Shown here in pieces: positions 17,518 through 28,017 of a stretch of 64,000 bases of DNA. The stretch lies in contig CBDBFU010000002.1 of assembly GCA_965205025.1 (NCBI GenBank), positions 160,001 through 224,000 on the forward strand, written 5' to 3'. Each line of letters opens with the position of its first letter. Position 1 is the first letter of the stretch. The stretch comes from Candidatus Poribacteria bacterium (lineage in GTDB: Bacteria; Poribacteria; WGA-4E; WGA-3G). Both the position numbers and the translations under genes were made by a program. The notes beneath the pieces are model-generated. The model searched no databases and had not been told where the DNA came from. It worked only from the letters and a program-made list of their open reading frames with translations.

Positions 17518-19722
17518 TTATTGAAGTCGGATTGCATCCCGTACGAGACCAATTAGTTCGTCTTGCTGTGGTGTGCGTTGACTTGTAAATGGGAAAAGCC
17601 CTTCAAGTGTCTGTTCAACAGCGTTTAAACTCCCGTTTTGTGCCCAATAACTTCTGCGAAGGATTTCTGCGAATTCAGCTACAGATGCTGCAAGTTGAAA
17701 TGAGGTGGATGCTTCTTCAAATGTTTCTTTAATTTCATTTGCAAAAATATCCTGACTAACTTCTGTAACAATACGAGTATCCGGATCTTCGTGTCGGATG
17801 AAAACAGTTGCGAGTTTACCGACAACCTGCTCAGTTTGCAGTTTAATTTCATAGAGAGCGGTCACACTATGTCCTGAACCGATTTCACCTGCGTCTACAC
17901 TGTCATCCCTGAAATCCTCCTGTCTAAGTCGGCGATTCTCATACCCGATCAACCGAAAGCGACTTACAGTCTGAGGATTGAATTCAACCTGAACTTTAGC
18001 ATCTTTTGCAATGACTTGCAGTGTCCCAGTCAAATTTTCTACAAAGACACGTTTGGCTTCTTTGAGTGTATCCACATAGGCGTAGGTCCCGTTTCCTTTA
18101 TTCGCCAGTTGCTCCATAAGAACATCGTTAAAATTCCCCATACCAAATCCGACTGTTGTCAGATAAATGCCATCTTTAACATAGTTCTCAATTTCAGCAA
18201 GGATTGCATCTGGTCCCGTGTGTCCAACATTCGCAACGCCATCTGAACAGAGAATCACACGGTTGATGTAATCTGGGTTAAAATTCTGAATTGCGAGTTG
18301 GTATCCTAATCGTAATCCATCTTCTGCATTTGTTGCCCCACCGGGATATAGGGAATTGATTGCAGCCAGTATGTGTTCTCGATTCACATTTCGCGTATGT
18401 GGTAGAACAACACTGGCGGTGGAACCGTATACAACGATACCTATCTCATCCTCTGGACGAAGTTCGTCAACAAGTAGCGTTAATGCCTGTTTTACCAATT
18501 CTAATCGGTTTTCCCTATTCATTGAACCTGAAATATCAATCACAAATGTTAGTTTAGCGTTTTTCCTATCTGCGTCTGGAACAACGTAACCTTGAATCCC
18601 AATTCGCAACAATTGTAGCCGTTTTCCCTCTCCGAATTTGGAAGGAGCACTTTCAAGATGTATAGCAAATGTTTCATCAGTGGGTGGTGTATAATTGTAA
18701 TCAAATGCGTTTACAAATTCCTCAACGCGCACTGCCTCTGGGGGTGGTAGGTTTCCATCTCGAAGGTAACGACGTAGGATAGAATAGGACGCGGTATCTA
18801 CATCCATTCCAAACGTCGAAAAAGCTTCATCCTCTGTATCAATAAACGGATTGGTACCATGTGCCTGAAAGAAAACATCGTCGTAAGCAGCACTATTCGG
18901 TGGGTTCAACACAATACCATCCGGATTTATTATAGGAGGAGTTGGAATTGAAGGAGGAGTTGGTATTGTAGCAACTAAACCAGTATCGGCAGGTTCCGCA
19001 ACCGTTGCTTCGATATCATATTCAATTTCTGGAATTACATCAAGCACTTCATGCTTAGGAACTGGAATCTTCTGTCCAAAATATTTGGCGACAAGAATCA
19101 AGTCCAAAATGTTGACGACTCCATCAGCATTGACATCAGTACGTGGATTTTCTAATGAAGGGGTTCCAAAGTTATTTGCTATCAGTGTCAAATCCTGGAT
19201 ATTTACAATATCATCTTGGTTTACATCTGCAGCGAGTAAAGCAGTAATCACAATCATTCCATCTATAGTTGTAACTGGTAACAACATCCCATTACTATCA
19301 AATAGAGATACCATCAGTAAAAGAATTGGAGAGGGTTTAACGGATACTACTTCAAAATTTAATGTCGCAAGTGCTCCGTTTTCAGCAGATGCACCATCTG
19401 GCGTTGAAGTCGCAGCTAATAAAACACTATCCCCTGTATTTAACAATGTAGAGGTAAAGGTCTTTGTAGGAAAGTGATCCGCATTTGCACTATCAACATA
19501 ACGAAGAGCAGTTGGATCAAATCCAATGACTAATTTATAACCCACAACGTCTTTACCACCTGTGATCTGAATGTTGATTTGCATCTGTTCTCCGGCTGCT
19601 GGAGACATAATTGTTTCTGGGTATACAGAAACGACAGTCTCACCGAAACCAGGACTTGCGAATGTGAGTCCGACAAAAACAAGAAAACAGAAAAAAAGGA
19701 TGTTCTTAAATATATTATTCAT
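17518..19722 (-). CDS. Secreted cohesin + dockerin + YfbK-type VWA domain protein
   Basis: Signal peptide; cohesin-like FDPTALRY...GALATLNFEV; paired dockerin repeats DVNQDDIVNIQDL and DVNADGVVNILDL; STFGMDVDTASY, VRVEEFVN, MIDAS DISGSM, DAGEIGSGHSVTALYE. Confidence 0.85.
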   Translation of the reverse strand: MNNIFKNILFFCFLVFVGLTFASPGFGETVVSVYPETIMSPAAGEQMQINIQITGGKDVVGYKLVIGFDPTALRYVDSANADHFPTKTFTSTLLNTGDSVLLAATSTPDGASAENGALATLNFEVVSVKPSPILLLMVSLFDSNGMLLPVTTIDGMIVITALLAADVNQDDIVNIQDLTLIANNFGTPSLENPRTDVNADGVVNILDLILVAKYFGQKIPVPKHEVLDVIPEIEYDIEATVAEPADTGLVATIPTPPSIPTPPIINPDGIVLNPPNSAAYDDVFFQAHGTNPFIDTEDEAFSTFGMDVDTASYSILRRYLRDGNLPPPEAVRVEEFVNAFDYNYTPPTDETFAIHLESAPSKFGEGKRLQLLRIGIQGYVVPDADRKNAKLTFVIDISGSMNRENRLELVKQALTLLVDELRPEDEIGIVVYGSTASVVLPHTRNVNREHILAAINSLYPGGATNAEDGLRLGYQLAIQNFNPDYINRVILCSDGVANVGHTGPDAILAEIENYVKDGIYLTTVGFGMGNFNDVLMEQLANKGNGTYAYVDTLKEAKRVFVENLTGTLQVIAKDAKVQVEFNPQTVSRFRLIGYENRRLRQEDFRDDSVDAGEIGSGHSVTALYEIKLQTEQVVGKLATVFIRHEDPDTRIVTEVSQDIFANEIKETFEEASTSFQLAASVAEFAEILRRSYWAQNGSLNAVEQTLEGLFPFTSQRTPQQDELIGLVRDAIRLQ

Positions 19723-19773
19723 TAATCGTATTCTACCTATTATAATATTTGTGATTTAGATGCACCTGAGTAT

Positions 19774-20991
19774 TTAGAGAAGGTGCCCGAGTTTGGTACG
19801 TTTCGTTTGTAGATAATGTTTATTATGTGAGTTGGGAGTAGTTTGCAATGGGATTTGTTCAACGATTTCCAAGCCGTACCCGGATAATCCTTTGACTTTG
19901 TGAGGATTGTTCGTCATCAGTCGCATTTTTTTGACCCCTAAATCAACGAGAATTTGCGCCCCTATACCGTAGTCGCGCAAATCTGGTGGAAACCCAAGGC
20001 GTTCGTTCGCTTCAACAGTGTCCAACCCTTCATTATCTTGAAGATGATACGCCCGAATCTTGTTTTTAAGTCCCATGCCTCTACCTTCTTGTCGCATATA
20101 TAGTAATACACCTCTTCCCTCTTTCTCTATATTTCCAAGGGCAATTTGGAGTTGCTCACCACAATCACAACGGAGTGAACCGAAAACATCGCCGGTTAAA
20201 CATTGCGAATGCACCCGAACTAAAATAGGTCCTTCATCAGCAATTATGCCTTTCGTTAAAGCAACGTGTGTGTCAGCTGGTTCCCCTGGTGTTGGAACCC
20301 CATCAACGTTGCTCTCATAAGCGTGAAGTTTAAATTCTCCTTGTTCAGTAGGGATTGTGGCTGTTGAAACCTTTTTAATAAGCGTTTCGGTGTGTCTACG
20401 ATATGCGATAAGGTCTGAAATAGTAATAATCTTTAGATTATGTTTCTGTGCAAATTCGATTAATTCTGGTACGCGCGCCATTGTTCCATCATCATTGAGT
20501 ACTTCACATAAAACACCTGCGGGATAGAGACCTGCGAGTCGTGCTAAATCGACTGTAGCCTCTGTATGTCCAGCGCGTCGGAGTACGCCTCCGGGTTGTG
20601 CTTCAAGTGGAAAGATATGTCCGGGTCTAACAAAATCGGATGGTACAGCATCTTCATCTACAAATTTGCGTATGGTAAAAGCACGTTCCTGTGCAGAAAT
20701 TCCGGTGGTAACTTCTTTGGCATCAATTGTCACAGTGAATGCGGTTTGCATCTGTGCGGTGTTATCCATCACCATGGGATTAAGCTGAAGTTCTGCGAGG
20801 CGTTCTGTACATGTTGGGAGACATATAAGTCCGCGCCCGTATTTTGCCATGAAGTTGATGGACTCGGCAGTCACCTTTTCGGCAGCCATAATGAGATCAC
20901 CTTCATTTTCGCGATCCGGTTCATCAACAACAATGATCATTTCTCCATCTTTAATGGCAGAAAGGGCATCAGGGATAGTACTAAAATTCAT
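19774..20991 (-). CDS. ribBA: Bifunctional DHBP synthase / GTP cyclohydrolase II
   Basis: [47 protein letters not shown]. Confidence 0.97.
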   Translation of the reverse strand: MNFSTIPDALSAIKDGEMIIVVDEPDRENEGDLIMAAEKVTAESINFMAKYGRGLICLPTCTERLAELQLNPMVMDNTAQMQTAFTVTIDAKEVTTGISAQERAFTIRKFVDEDAVPSDFVRPGHIFPLEAQPGGVLRRAGHTEATVDLARLAGLYPAGVLCEVLNDDGTMARVPELIEFAQKHNLKIITISDLIAYRRHTETLIKKVSTATIPTEQGEFKLHAYESNVDGVPTPGEPADTHVALTKGIIADEGPILVRVHSQCLTGDVFGSLRCDCGEQLQIALGNIEKEGRGVLLYMRQEGRGMGLKNKIRAYHLQDNEGLDTVEANERLGFPPDLRDYGIGAQILVDLGVKKMRLMTNNPHKVKGLSGYGLEIVEQIPLQTTPNSHNKHYLQTKRTKLGHLL

Positions 20992-21014
20992 AATGTAGTC
21001 TCGCCTTCGTTTCT

Positions 21015-21659
21015 TTAACCGTAACCATGTTTTTGTAAAAATTCTAAATCTAAAGTCTTTGGGGGTGTCACTTGGTTTCGCATTAGTGTTTCAACGTATC
21101 GTGCCATTACATCAACTTCTATGTTCACAACGTCACCAGGTTGCTTTTCACCAAAGGTTGTAACTTGTAAGGTATGTGGAATTAGCGCGACTTCAAATTT
21201 ATCTTCAAGAACGTTTGCTATTGTAAGACTTACACCATCAACAGAAATTGAACCTTTATATGCAATATAAGGCTTTACACTTTCGCCTACAGTAACCCCC
21301 ATGATTACTGATGTGCCTTCGTGTATCCATCCACTGATAGTAGCTACTTCATCAATATGTCCTAATACCAAATGTCCACCAAGTCGGTCTTCTAATCGTA
21401 GGGAGCGTTCCAGATTTACCTGTGTGCCAACTTTACAGGAGCGTAAGGTGGTTTTGCGACAGGTTTCTTCACTGATATCAGCAATAAATCCATCCGTTTC
21501 AAGTTCTCGAACAGTAAGGCAAGGTCCGTTAACAGCAATACTATCCCCAATTTTGGTATCTTCAAGAATAGTTTGTGCGTTGATCTTAACAGTTACGCCG
21601 CTGGATTGTGTATGTATTTGAGAAATCGTACCAATTTCCTCAATTATCCCTGTAAACAT
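21015..21659 (-). CDS. ribE: Riboflavin synthase
   Basis: [41 protein letters not shown]. Confidence 0.95.
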   Translation of the reverse strand: MFTGIIEEIGTISQIHTQSSGVTVKINAQTILEDTKIGDSIAVNGPCLTVRELETDGFIADISEETCRKTTLRSCKVGTQVNLERSLRLEDRLGGHLVLGHIDEVATISGWIHEGTSVIMGVTVGESVKPYIAYKGSISVDGVSLTIANVLEDKFEVALIPHTLQVTTFGEKQPGDVVNIEVDVMARYVETLMRNQVTPPKTLDLEFLQKHGYG

Positions 21660-22762
21660 TTCTTAGTGATATATCCTTCAATCAGTAAGTCATTGTCAAG
21701 TTGTGTGACTGAAAGCCTTTGTAGTTCAGGAGCATCTATTAATCGCTTAATTCCATCTCCATTTATTATTCCTGGAGCCTTTCTTCCGCCAATGATTTTT
21801 GGAGCAATAAAACACATGACTTTATCCACCTCACCTGATTCTAATACACTTGCATTAACTTTTCCACCACCCTCGACTAACACACTTGTTATACCTCGTG
21901 CTCCTAATGTTTGCATCAAGGTTTTAAAACAGACCCGTCCGTCTTTGTCGGGAATGACAATTACTTCAGCATGCCTCTCTTTGAGTTGAGCGATCTTTTC
22001 TTTCGGTGCATGTGGTGTAACAGCGATGATTACCTCTGCCAGACTATTGGGATTGATAACTCTTGCCGTTAAAGGTGTTCGTGCATGCGAATCTAAAACT
22101 ATCCGTATTGGATCTTTTCCCTTCTTATTTGGGAGTCTCGTGGTTAGAACAGGATCATCGCTTAGAATTGTTCCAATACCGACAATAATGGCATCTACTT
22201 GATCCCGTATTTCATGTGCCTTTTCACGTGATGCTTCCGATGTAATCCATTGCGATTCACCCGTCGAAGTTGCGATTTTACCATCAAGACTCATCGCCGT
22301 TTTTAATATGACAAACGGGTATCCAGTGGAAATATGTTTAATATAGACTTCATTCAGAGTTTCCGCAGCTTCGGCACATACGCCTACGGCGGTCTTTATA
22401 CCTGCCGCCTCTAACTCTTTTATACCCTTTCCTGCAACTTTTGGATTTGGATCTAAATGTGCGAGATAAACATTGGCAATTCCAGATTTGATGATCGCAT
22501 TTGTGCAAGGAGGTGTTCGTCCCCAATGGCAACATGGTTCAAGGTTGACATAGAGAGTTGCACCTTGTGCATTCTCTCCCGCTGCATCTAAAGCGTGAAT
22601 TTCGGCATGTGGTCCACCGGCTTTTTTATGATACCCTTCAGCTATTATCTTTCCGTCCTTAACGACCACTGCACCGACAAGCGGATTTGGACTTGTACGT
22701 CCTTTTGCTAACTCTGCTAATGTAAGTGCGCGATTCATAAAGGTAATGTGCGACTCGTTCAT
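21644..22762 (-). CDS. ribD: Riboflavin biosynthesis deaminase/reductase
   Basis: PNPLVGAV, HAE, LEPCCHWGRTPPC, SLDGKIA, LVEGG. Confidence 0.96.
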   Translation of the reverse strand: MNESHITFMNRALTLAELAKGRTSPNPLVGAVVVKDGKIIAEGYHKKAGGPHAEIHALDAAGENAQGATLYVNLEPCCHWGRTPPCTNAIIKSGIANVYLAHLDPNPKVAGKGIKELEAAGIKTAVGVCAEAAETLNEVYIKHISTGYPFVILKTAMSLDGKIATSTGESQWITSEASREKAHEIRDQVDAIIVGIGTILSDDPVLTTRLPNKKGKDPIRIVLDSHARTPLTARVINPNSLAEVIIAVTPHAPKEKIAQLKERHAEVIVIPDKDGRVCFKTLMQTLGARGITSVLVEGGGKVNASVLESGEVDKVMCFIAPKIIGGRKAPGIINGDGIKRLIDAPELQRLSVTQLDNDLLIEGYITKKCLQG

Positions 22763-23692
22763 TGTACTGCTTCACCTACAATGCTGTACGCGTCTTATAG
22801 TATACCACACATTCAGCGTAATTCAAAATCATTTGTCCACTGTGGGTATGTAAAGTTTTTAGCATGAATATCACGGAATCATAGGGTTCTTTTTCCTTGG
22901 CATATATTATATTGAACCAAGGGTAATTGTTCCGTAAATTTATTGTTTTTTAGCGATCCACATGTGTAATATAATTATTATTTATATGTTTAAATTGTTA
23001 CACTTTTTGTCACATGGTGTGACATTGATAAAACCTCTATCCCGTCAGTACTATACTATGTTTATAGCCATTTTTTTAAGGTTACGAGAATTTGTCAAAA
23101 TGACGGATTTGTGTCTTTTTCTATTCTCCTCATCCATTGAAATCGGATCGTATAAACGTGAAATATCTTAACAGTCAATTTTGACAAGATATTCGAGTTT
23201 ATCTCATAAATCATAGATTTGGAGGATTCATCGATCTTGCAATGTATAATATATTGAAAATTCGGACGGGGAGACCCCGTCCCTACGAAGAGGAACTGTA
23301 TTAATATGATACTCTGTAGTAAAATGAAAAAGTTACACTTTTCGTTACATGGTGTAACTTTGTAATATTGCTCTAATCCCTGTGGTGAACTGGGTTTATG
23401 ATAATTTTCTTGAAATTTAAGAATTTTGAGTTTTGTGTCATTTTCTGGTTTTACTGAATTTCCTGACCACTGAAACCATTCGCTATTTTTTCTATGTCTT
23501 ATTGTATTTTTATGAAGATTTTGGATTTTCATTTTTCCTCTTCCTATTTATTGCTCTATCTTCATTCTGTAGATGTGAATTCTGTTTAGTGTGTATCTCA
23601 TATCTAAAGACACACGGGTATCTTCAATAGACCTGTCTACGAGATGTTTATAGAAAATCATACGTCTAATGAGAACTCCACCTATATGTTGA

Positions 23693-24078
23693 TATAGACA
23701 TTCCGTCCCTACGGGACTCATTCGCTTAATTGATCCGTTTTCTATAGACATTCCGTCCCTACGGGACTCAAAACCAATAAATCATAGTCTAAATTGACGC
23801 TAATGAATCAACGGTATGAATGGTATTTAGCATTCCCCGTGGTTAGGAAACCGCCAAATCAAGAAATCAACGGTATGAATGCTATATAAAGATTAATTAT
23901 TTAATTCGGTAGTTTTGGAGAAATATTCAGTGCGGTTAGGAAACCGCACCTACCGGGTTTGGGAAAATTAGGATTATAGAACTATTTATTTAATCCTCAT
24001 ATAGCATTCCCCACCTAACGGGTTGGAAAATTAGAATTACCGAAATATTTACTTAATCCTCATACAGTTTGTGGTACA
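23693..24078. repeat. Nested cluster of REP hairpins, 35-bp elements and an ATGAAGATTAA-type MITE
   Basis: GTCCCTACGGGAC pair, two GAATCAACGGTATGAATG elements, and a MITE inserted between GAATGCTAT and ATAGCATTCCCC. Confidence 0.75.
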
Positions 24079-24297
24079 TTAAAGAGACAATATTGGTAGT
24101 AAATATTTTTACAACACATTTTTTTCAGCAACATGTTTTAAACTGCTCTAAAGTCAGTCCCAGAAAGGTTTTTTTAGAAATACCTAAAAAATGTTAGTTT
24201 TTTTTATTTTTTAGAAAATTCATACTCTGTTCTTGTTTGAAGTGTTCTAAACCCTGTTCTGGTATAGGTTTGTAGGGGCATGAAATTTCGATTTTCT

Positions 24298-24336
24298 TTT
24301 TACAACTGTTGTAAAACTTTTACAACAGTTGTAAAA
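24298..24336. promoter_or_regulatory. Perfect 39-bp inverted repeat built from two 19-bp palindromes (possible operator or recombination site)
   Basis: TTTTACAACTGTTGTAAAA-C-TTTTACAACAGTTGTAAAA. Confidence 0.45.
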
Positions 24337-24660
24337 CTTTCATGACTACATTCTATGCTATACTTTTCCTGTAATACATATAGTAACATAATAAAAACAC
24401 ATGTGTCAAGTATAATGTTGTTTTATGTGATACAATTTCACAATATATTTACTTTTGTTATTTATTTTTCGCTATAATTTCAATTAGTTTATATGTTTAG
24501 TTGTGTTATGGTTTGGTTTTCTTCAATATTTTTTCATTTATTTTTTGTTATTATATTCTTTGTATTATTTTCTATGTGTTAATCCACTTCTTTTGGATTA
24601 TGGGTGATGGGGTTTCGGATGATGAATAGGAGGGTGGAAGGAATGAATAGTTGTTGAATT

Positions 24661-25170
24661 CTACAGAATCTGCAGGTCTTTGTCTGTGTTTAAGGACTTT
24701 AAGCAGTCTATTAACTCAGTTTGATCTACCATGTCGAATTGGTGTGATCCGATATACATATATTGTATAATGCCTTGTTTGTCGATAATGAAGGTGGCGG
24801 GTCTTGCGATATTATATGCTTCAAAACTAAGCCAGTGGTAGACGCCATAACTTTTTATGACGTTTCGGTCTTTGTCAACTAAGAGTGGATAGGTAATTCC
24901 GTTGCGTTCTGCGTATCCGCGTAGTTCTCGAGGCCATTGACCAGCAATTGCTAATGGGGTTGCATTGTATTGTGCGTAATCGTCGGTGTGTTCCTGTATG
25001 GCAGTCAACTGACGGCGACTGTTTGGTCACCATGTACCTCGAAAAAAGACCAGTATTATGTGCTGATTCTCGCGGTAGGATGTGAGGGAAACTGTTTGTC
25101 TTCTATGGGAGGGGAGTGAGAATGGTGGGGCAGCATCGCCAATGTTGAGGATTTTGTTTTTGCGTGGCAT
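24661..25170 (-). CDS. AhpC/TSA peroxiredoxin-like protein with in-frame UGA at the catalytic position (probable selenoprotein)
   Basis: ATG at 25170: MPRKNKILNIGDAAPPFSL...ILVFFRGTW-UGA(25029-25027)-PNSRRQL, continuing in frame into the listed ORF (YPLLVD...RPATFIIDKQGII). Confidence 0.82.
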
Positions 25171-25269
25171 GCGGGTATCTTATCAAACGATGTAGTCAAT
25201 GTCAAGTTTAGTACTATCATCTCAAAACAATAAATATTAACACTTTTTCATTCACATTATCCATACATC

Positions 25270-26412
25270 TTACATCAATTCAACAAATACCTCATTTGCC
25301 AAAAAGAGACCACGATCAGTAAGACGGAGATGGGTTTCCGTCTGTTCTAACAACTCTAAGTCCTTCCATTTTTGAATTACCTCTCCAAATTCTACATCAA
25401 TTGATTCACCGAAACGCAATGTATAATCCTTTATACAGATCCCCTCTCGCTTACGAAGTGATAACATAAGGGTTTCTGCTTTTTCTGCTTTCCCGGTAAG
25501 AACTTCAGTATCTGCAATCGGTTTCTTCAGTTCATTGAGTGTTTCAATATAGGGTGGTATCCCTTTTATGTTAGTATACCTTATACCATCAACATATCCA
25601 CACGCACCAACACCTAACCCTATATATTCTTGATTATTCCAATAGACTATGTTGTGATTCACTTCTCTGTTCGGTTTAGCAAAGTTGCAGATTTCATAGT
25701 GTGTATAGCCGTGTGCGATGAGGGTGTCAATTGTATATTGAAACATATCCGCTTCTGTGTCTTCGGATGGCATATTAAGCTGGTCAGTTTTCCACCGTTC
25801 GTAAAACGGTGTTGACGCTTCCATAACAAGATTATAGGCGGAGATATGTTCGGGTTGTAGAGAGATTGTTTCTGTTAATGTGTGTTGCCACATTTCCATT
25901 GTCTGATCTGGAAGAGCAAAGATTAAATCAATGTTGATATTATCGAAACCGAATTCGCGTGCCAAACGATAGCTATGGTGGAATTCTTCAACGGTATGGA
26001 TTCGTCCTAACTGGCGTAATACCTCATCCTGCATGGCTTGTAAGCCGAAACTCAATCGGTTAACACCCGAATCCATCATTACACCCAATTTTTCTGCATC
26101 GACTGTTCCTGGATTACATTCAACAGTGATCTCAACATCTGAACATAACTGGAATGTCGAACCTATATCGGAAAATAAACGTTCCAAACTGTTTGCTGAA
26201 AGGATTGAAGGTGTTCCACCGCCAATAAAGATTGTTTGTAATGGACTGGTTTGTGGTGAATAGATTTTCATCTCTGCACTAAGTGCATCTAAGTACGCTT
26301 TTGCTTGTTCTTTTTGGAAAGAGTAGGTATTGAATGCACAATAGTAGCATTTCGTTGTACAGAACGGAATGTGAATATATAAGGAGGTAGGCTTTTTAGG
26401 TCGGGTATTCAT
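25270..26412 (-). CDS. hemW: Radical SAM heme chaperone HemW (HemN-like)
   Basis: LYIHIPFCTTKCYYCAF, GGGTPS, YEICNF, HNIVYW. Confidence 0.9.
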   Translation of the reverse strand: MNTRPKKPTSLYIHIPFCTTKCYYCAFNTYSFQKEQAKAYLDALSAEMKIYSPQTSPLQTIFIGGGTPSILSANSLERLFSDIGSTFQLCSDVEITVECNPGTVDAEKLGVMMDSGVNRLSFGLQAMQDEVLRQLGRIHTVEEFHHSYRLAREFGFDNINIDLIFALPDQTMEMWQHTLTETISLQPEHISAYNLVMEASTPFYERWKTDQLNMPSEDTEADMFQYTIDTLIAHGYTHYEICNFAKPNREVNHNIVYWNNQEYIGLGVGACGYVDGIRYTNIKGIPPYIETLNELKKPIADTEVLTGKAEKAETLMLSLRKREGICIKDYTLRFGESIDVEFGEVIQKWKDLELLEQTETHLRLTDRGLFLANEVFVELM

Positions 26413-26431
26413 CAGCGTTGGCTATTGATTG

Positions 26432-27547
26432 TTAGCTTTCAGAACTGGTATTGAATTTCAATCCAACTCTAATAGCTGAACCTTCATCGGCATAGGAAAA
26501 TGCTTCGTTTATATCGTTAAATGTGAAGGTGTCTGATATGATTTTATGGAACGGATATTTGTTTCGTGTACGGCTAAGGAAATCCAGAGCCCGTGGTATA
26601 ACCCACGGTTCATAAACGATGACACCACGTATTGTCTTGCTACATCGGACAATATTACCCGGATCTATTTCGGTTGGAAATCCGAGATTAATATTACCTA
26701 TCCATAAATAACGACCACCCCACCGGAGCATTTCAATTCCTTCAGCGAGTACACGGGGTGAACCTACAAATTCTGCTACAAGATCTGCACCAATACCCCC
26801 AGTCTGGTCAAGTACATAATTTACGCGTTCCTCTATTCCAATTTCATCTACATTTAAGGTATTGTCTGCTCCGAATTCTTGTGCAAGTGCAAGACGTCCA
26901 GGAAGTCGATCAAGGACAATTATTTTTCCAGCCCCCATCTCTCTTGTCACTGCGGTAGCATAAAGTCCTAATCCACCTGCGCCTTGAATGACAACCGTAT
27001 CTCCGATTGTAATACCTATCTGATTTAAACCATATATTACTTCCGATAATGCACAGTTAATAGGTGAAACGAGTTCATCTTCCAGATCATCAGGCACTTT
27101 AAACACCCAATGACCAGCTTTCATATAGTAGTATTCCCCGTAGGCACCATGAAAGTGCGGTGGTTGTTCACTGGAAACACCCAGCCAATCTCGGTACCGG
27201 TTAGGACATCCGGGTTTACCGTTAAGACACATCCAACAACGTTGACACGGTTTGAAGTAGGAATATACAATTCGATCCCCCTCTTCTAAGGTTTGTCCGA
27301 TACTATCAACGTTGACATTTCGTCCCATTTCTTCAATTGTACCGATCATTTCGTGCCCCAGAACTTGTGGGATACCACTTTCGATCTTCGGACCGTGTCC
27401 ACGCCAAAAATGTAAATCCGAACCGCATATATTTGCCATTCGGATTCGTACCAGTATGTCATCAGGTGTTACAGAAGGAATTGGGTATTCCCTAAATTCT
27501 AACGGGGTTTGAGGTTGTGAAAAGATGGCAACCCTACCAGTTTTCAT
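26432..27547 (-). CDS. Zinc-binding (MDR family) alcohol dehydrogenase
   Basis: CGSDLH, GHE, CxxCxxC...C structural zinc site, QGAGGLG. Confidence 0.92.
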   Translation of the reverse strand: MKTGRVAIFSQPQTPLEFREYPIPSVTPDDILVRIRMANICGSDLHFWRGHGPKIESGIPQVLGHEMIGTIEEMGRNVNVDSIGQTLEEGDRIVYSYFKPCQRCWMCLNGKPGCPNRYRDWLGVSSEQPPHFHGAYGEYYYMKAGHWVFKVPDDLEDELVSPINCALSEVIYGLNQIGITIGDTVVIQGAGGLGLYATAVTREMGAGKIIVLDRLPGRLALAQEFGADNTLNVDEIGIEERVNYVLDQTGGIGADLVAEFVGSPRVLAEGIEMLRWGGRYLWIGNINLGFPTEIDPGNIVRCSKTIRGVIVYEPWVIPRALDFLSRTRNKYPFHKIISDTFTFNDINEAFSYADEGSAIRVGLKFNTSSES

Positions 27548-27594
27548 ACATTCTCCATATTCAGATATTTGTATTCCTCGTGTATCTTAGATCA

Positions 27595-28017
27595 TTAATA
27601 TTCATCAAAATTGACGACTTTCCACTGTCCATTTATATTTTCAGTAGTAATCACAACATTTCGAGAATGTGTTGTTGTACCATCTCTGCTTTTAATTGTT
27701 AATTTGTAGTTAAATAGTTCGTGTATTACCCCTTCAACCTCAGTTGATCTTTCTTTCCCAGTCTGTTGATAATCAATTTGTGGCATATCCGTGACAGGTT
27801 GATCCTGTGAACGTACCTCTTGCACTCGAGCGATTTCTGCCTGTAGTTTTTCCTCCGCGCGACCGGCACACAATTTGATGGATGCTCCTTGGTTTGCGTT
27901 CTTATAGTAGTTATAAATAAAATCTTCTGTTACACCTTGAGGGGTATTCCTATTTGAACAGGCAACGAAGATCAGGATTGTTAATATAGCATATCCAGAT
28001 ATTCTGTATTTATTCAT
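27595..28017 (-). CDS. Hypothetical lipoprotein
   Basis: Lipobox FVAC after a hydrophobic stretch; C-terminal NGQWKV. Confidence 0.7.
   Translation of the reverse strand: MNKYRISGYAILTILIFVACSNRNTPQGVTEDFIYNYYKNANQGASIKLCAGRAEEKLQAEIARVQEVRSQDQPVTDMPQIDYQQTGKERSTEVEGVIHELFNYKLTIKSRDGTTTHSRNVVITTENINGQWKVVNFDEY

Noticed and set aside
22763-23000. FMN riboswitch ahead of the rib operon
   Set aside because: No recognisable RFN conserved motifs in the leader by eye; an Infernal search would be decisive.
23095-23751. ORFs 23095..23532, 23433..23630 and 23548..23751
   Set aside because: Low-complexity AT-rich translations running through REP hairpins, with no recognisable domains.
22763-24660. 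Replication origin in the long AT-rich intergenic region
   Set aside because: No cluster of TTATCCACA DnaA boxes and no dnaA/dnaN/gidA context.
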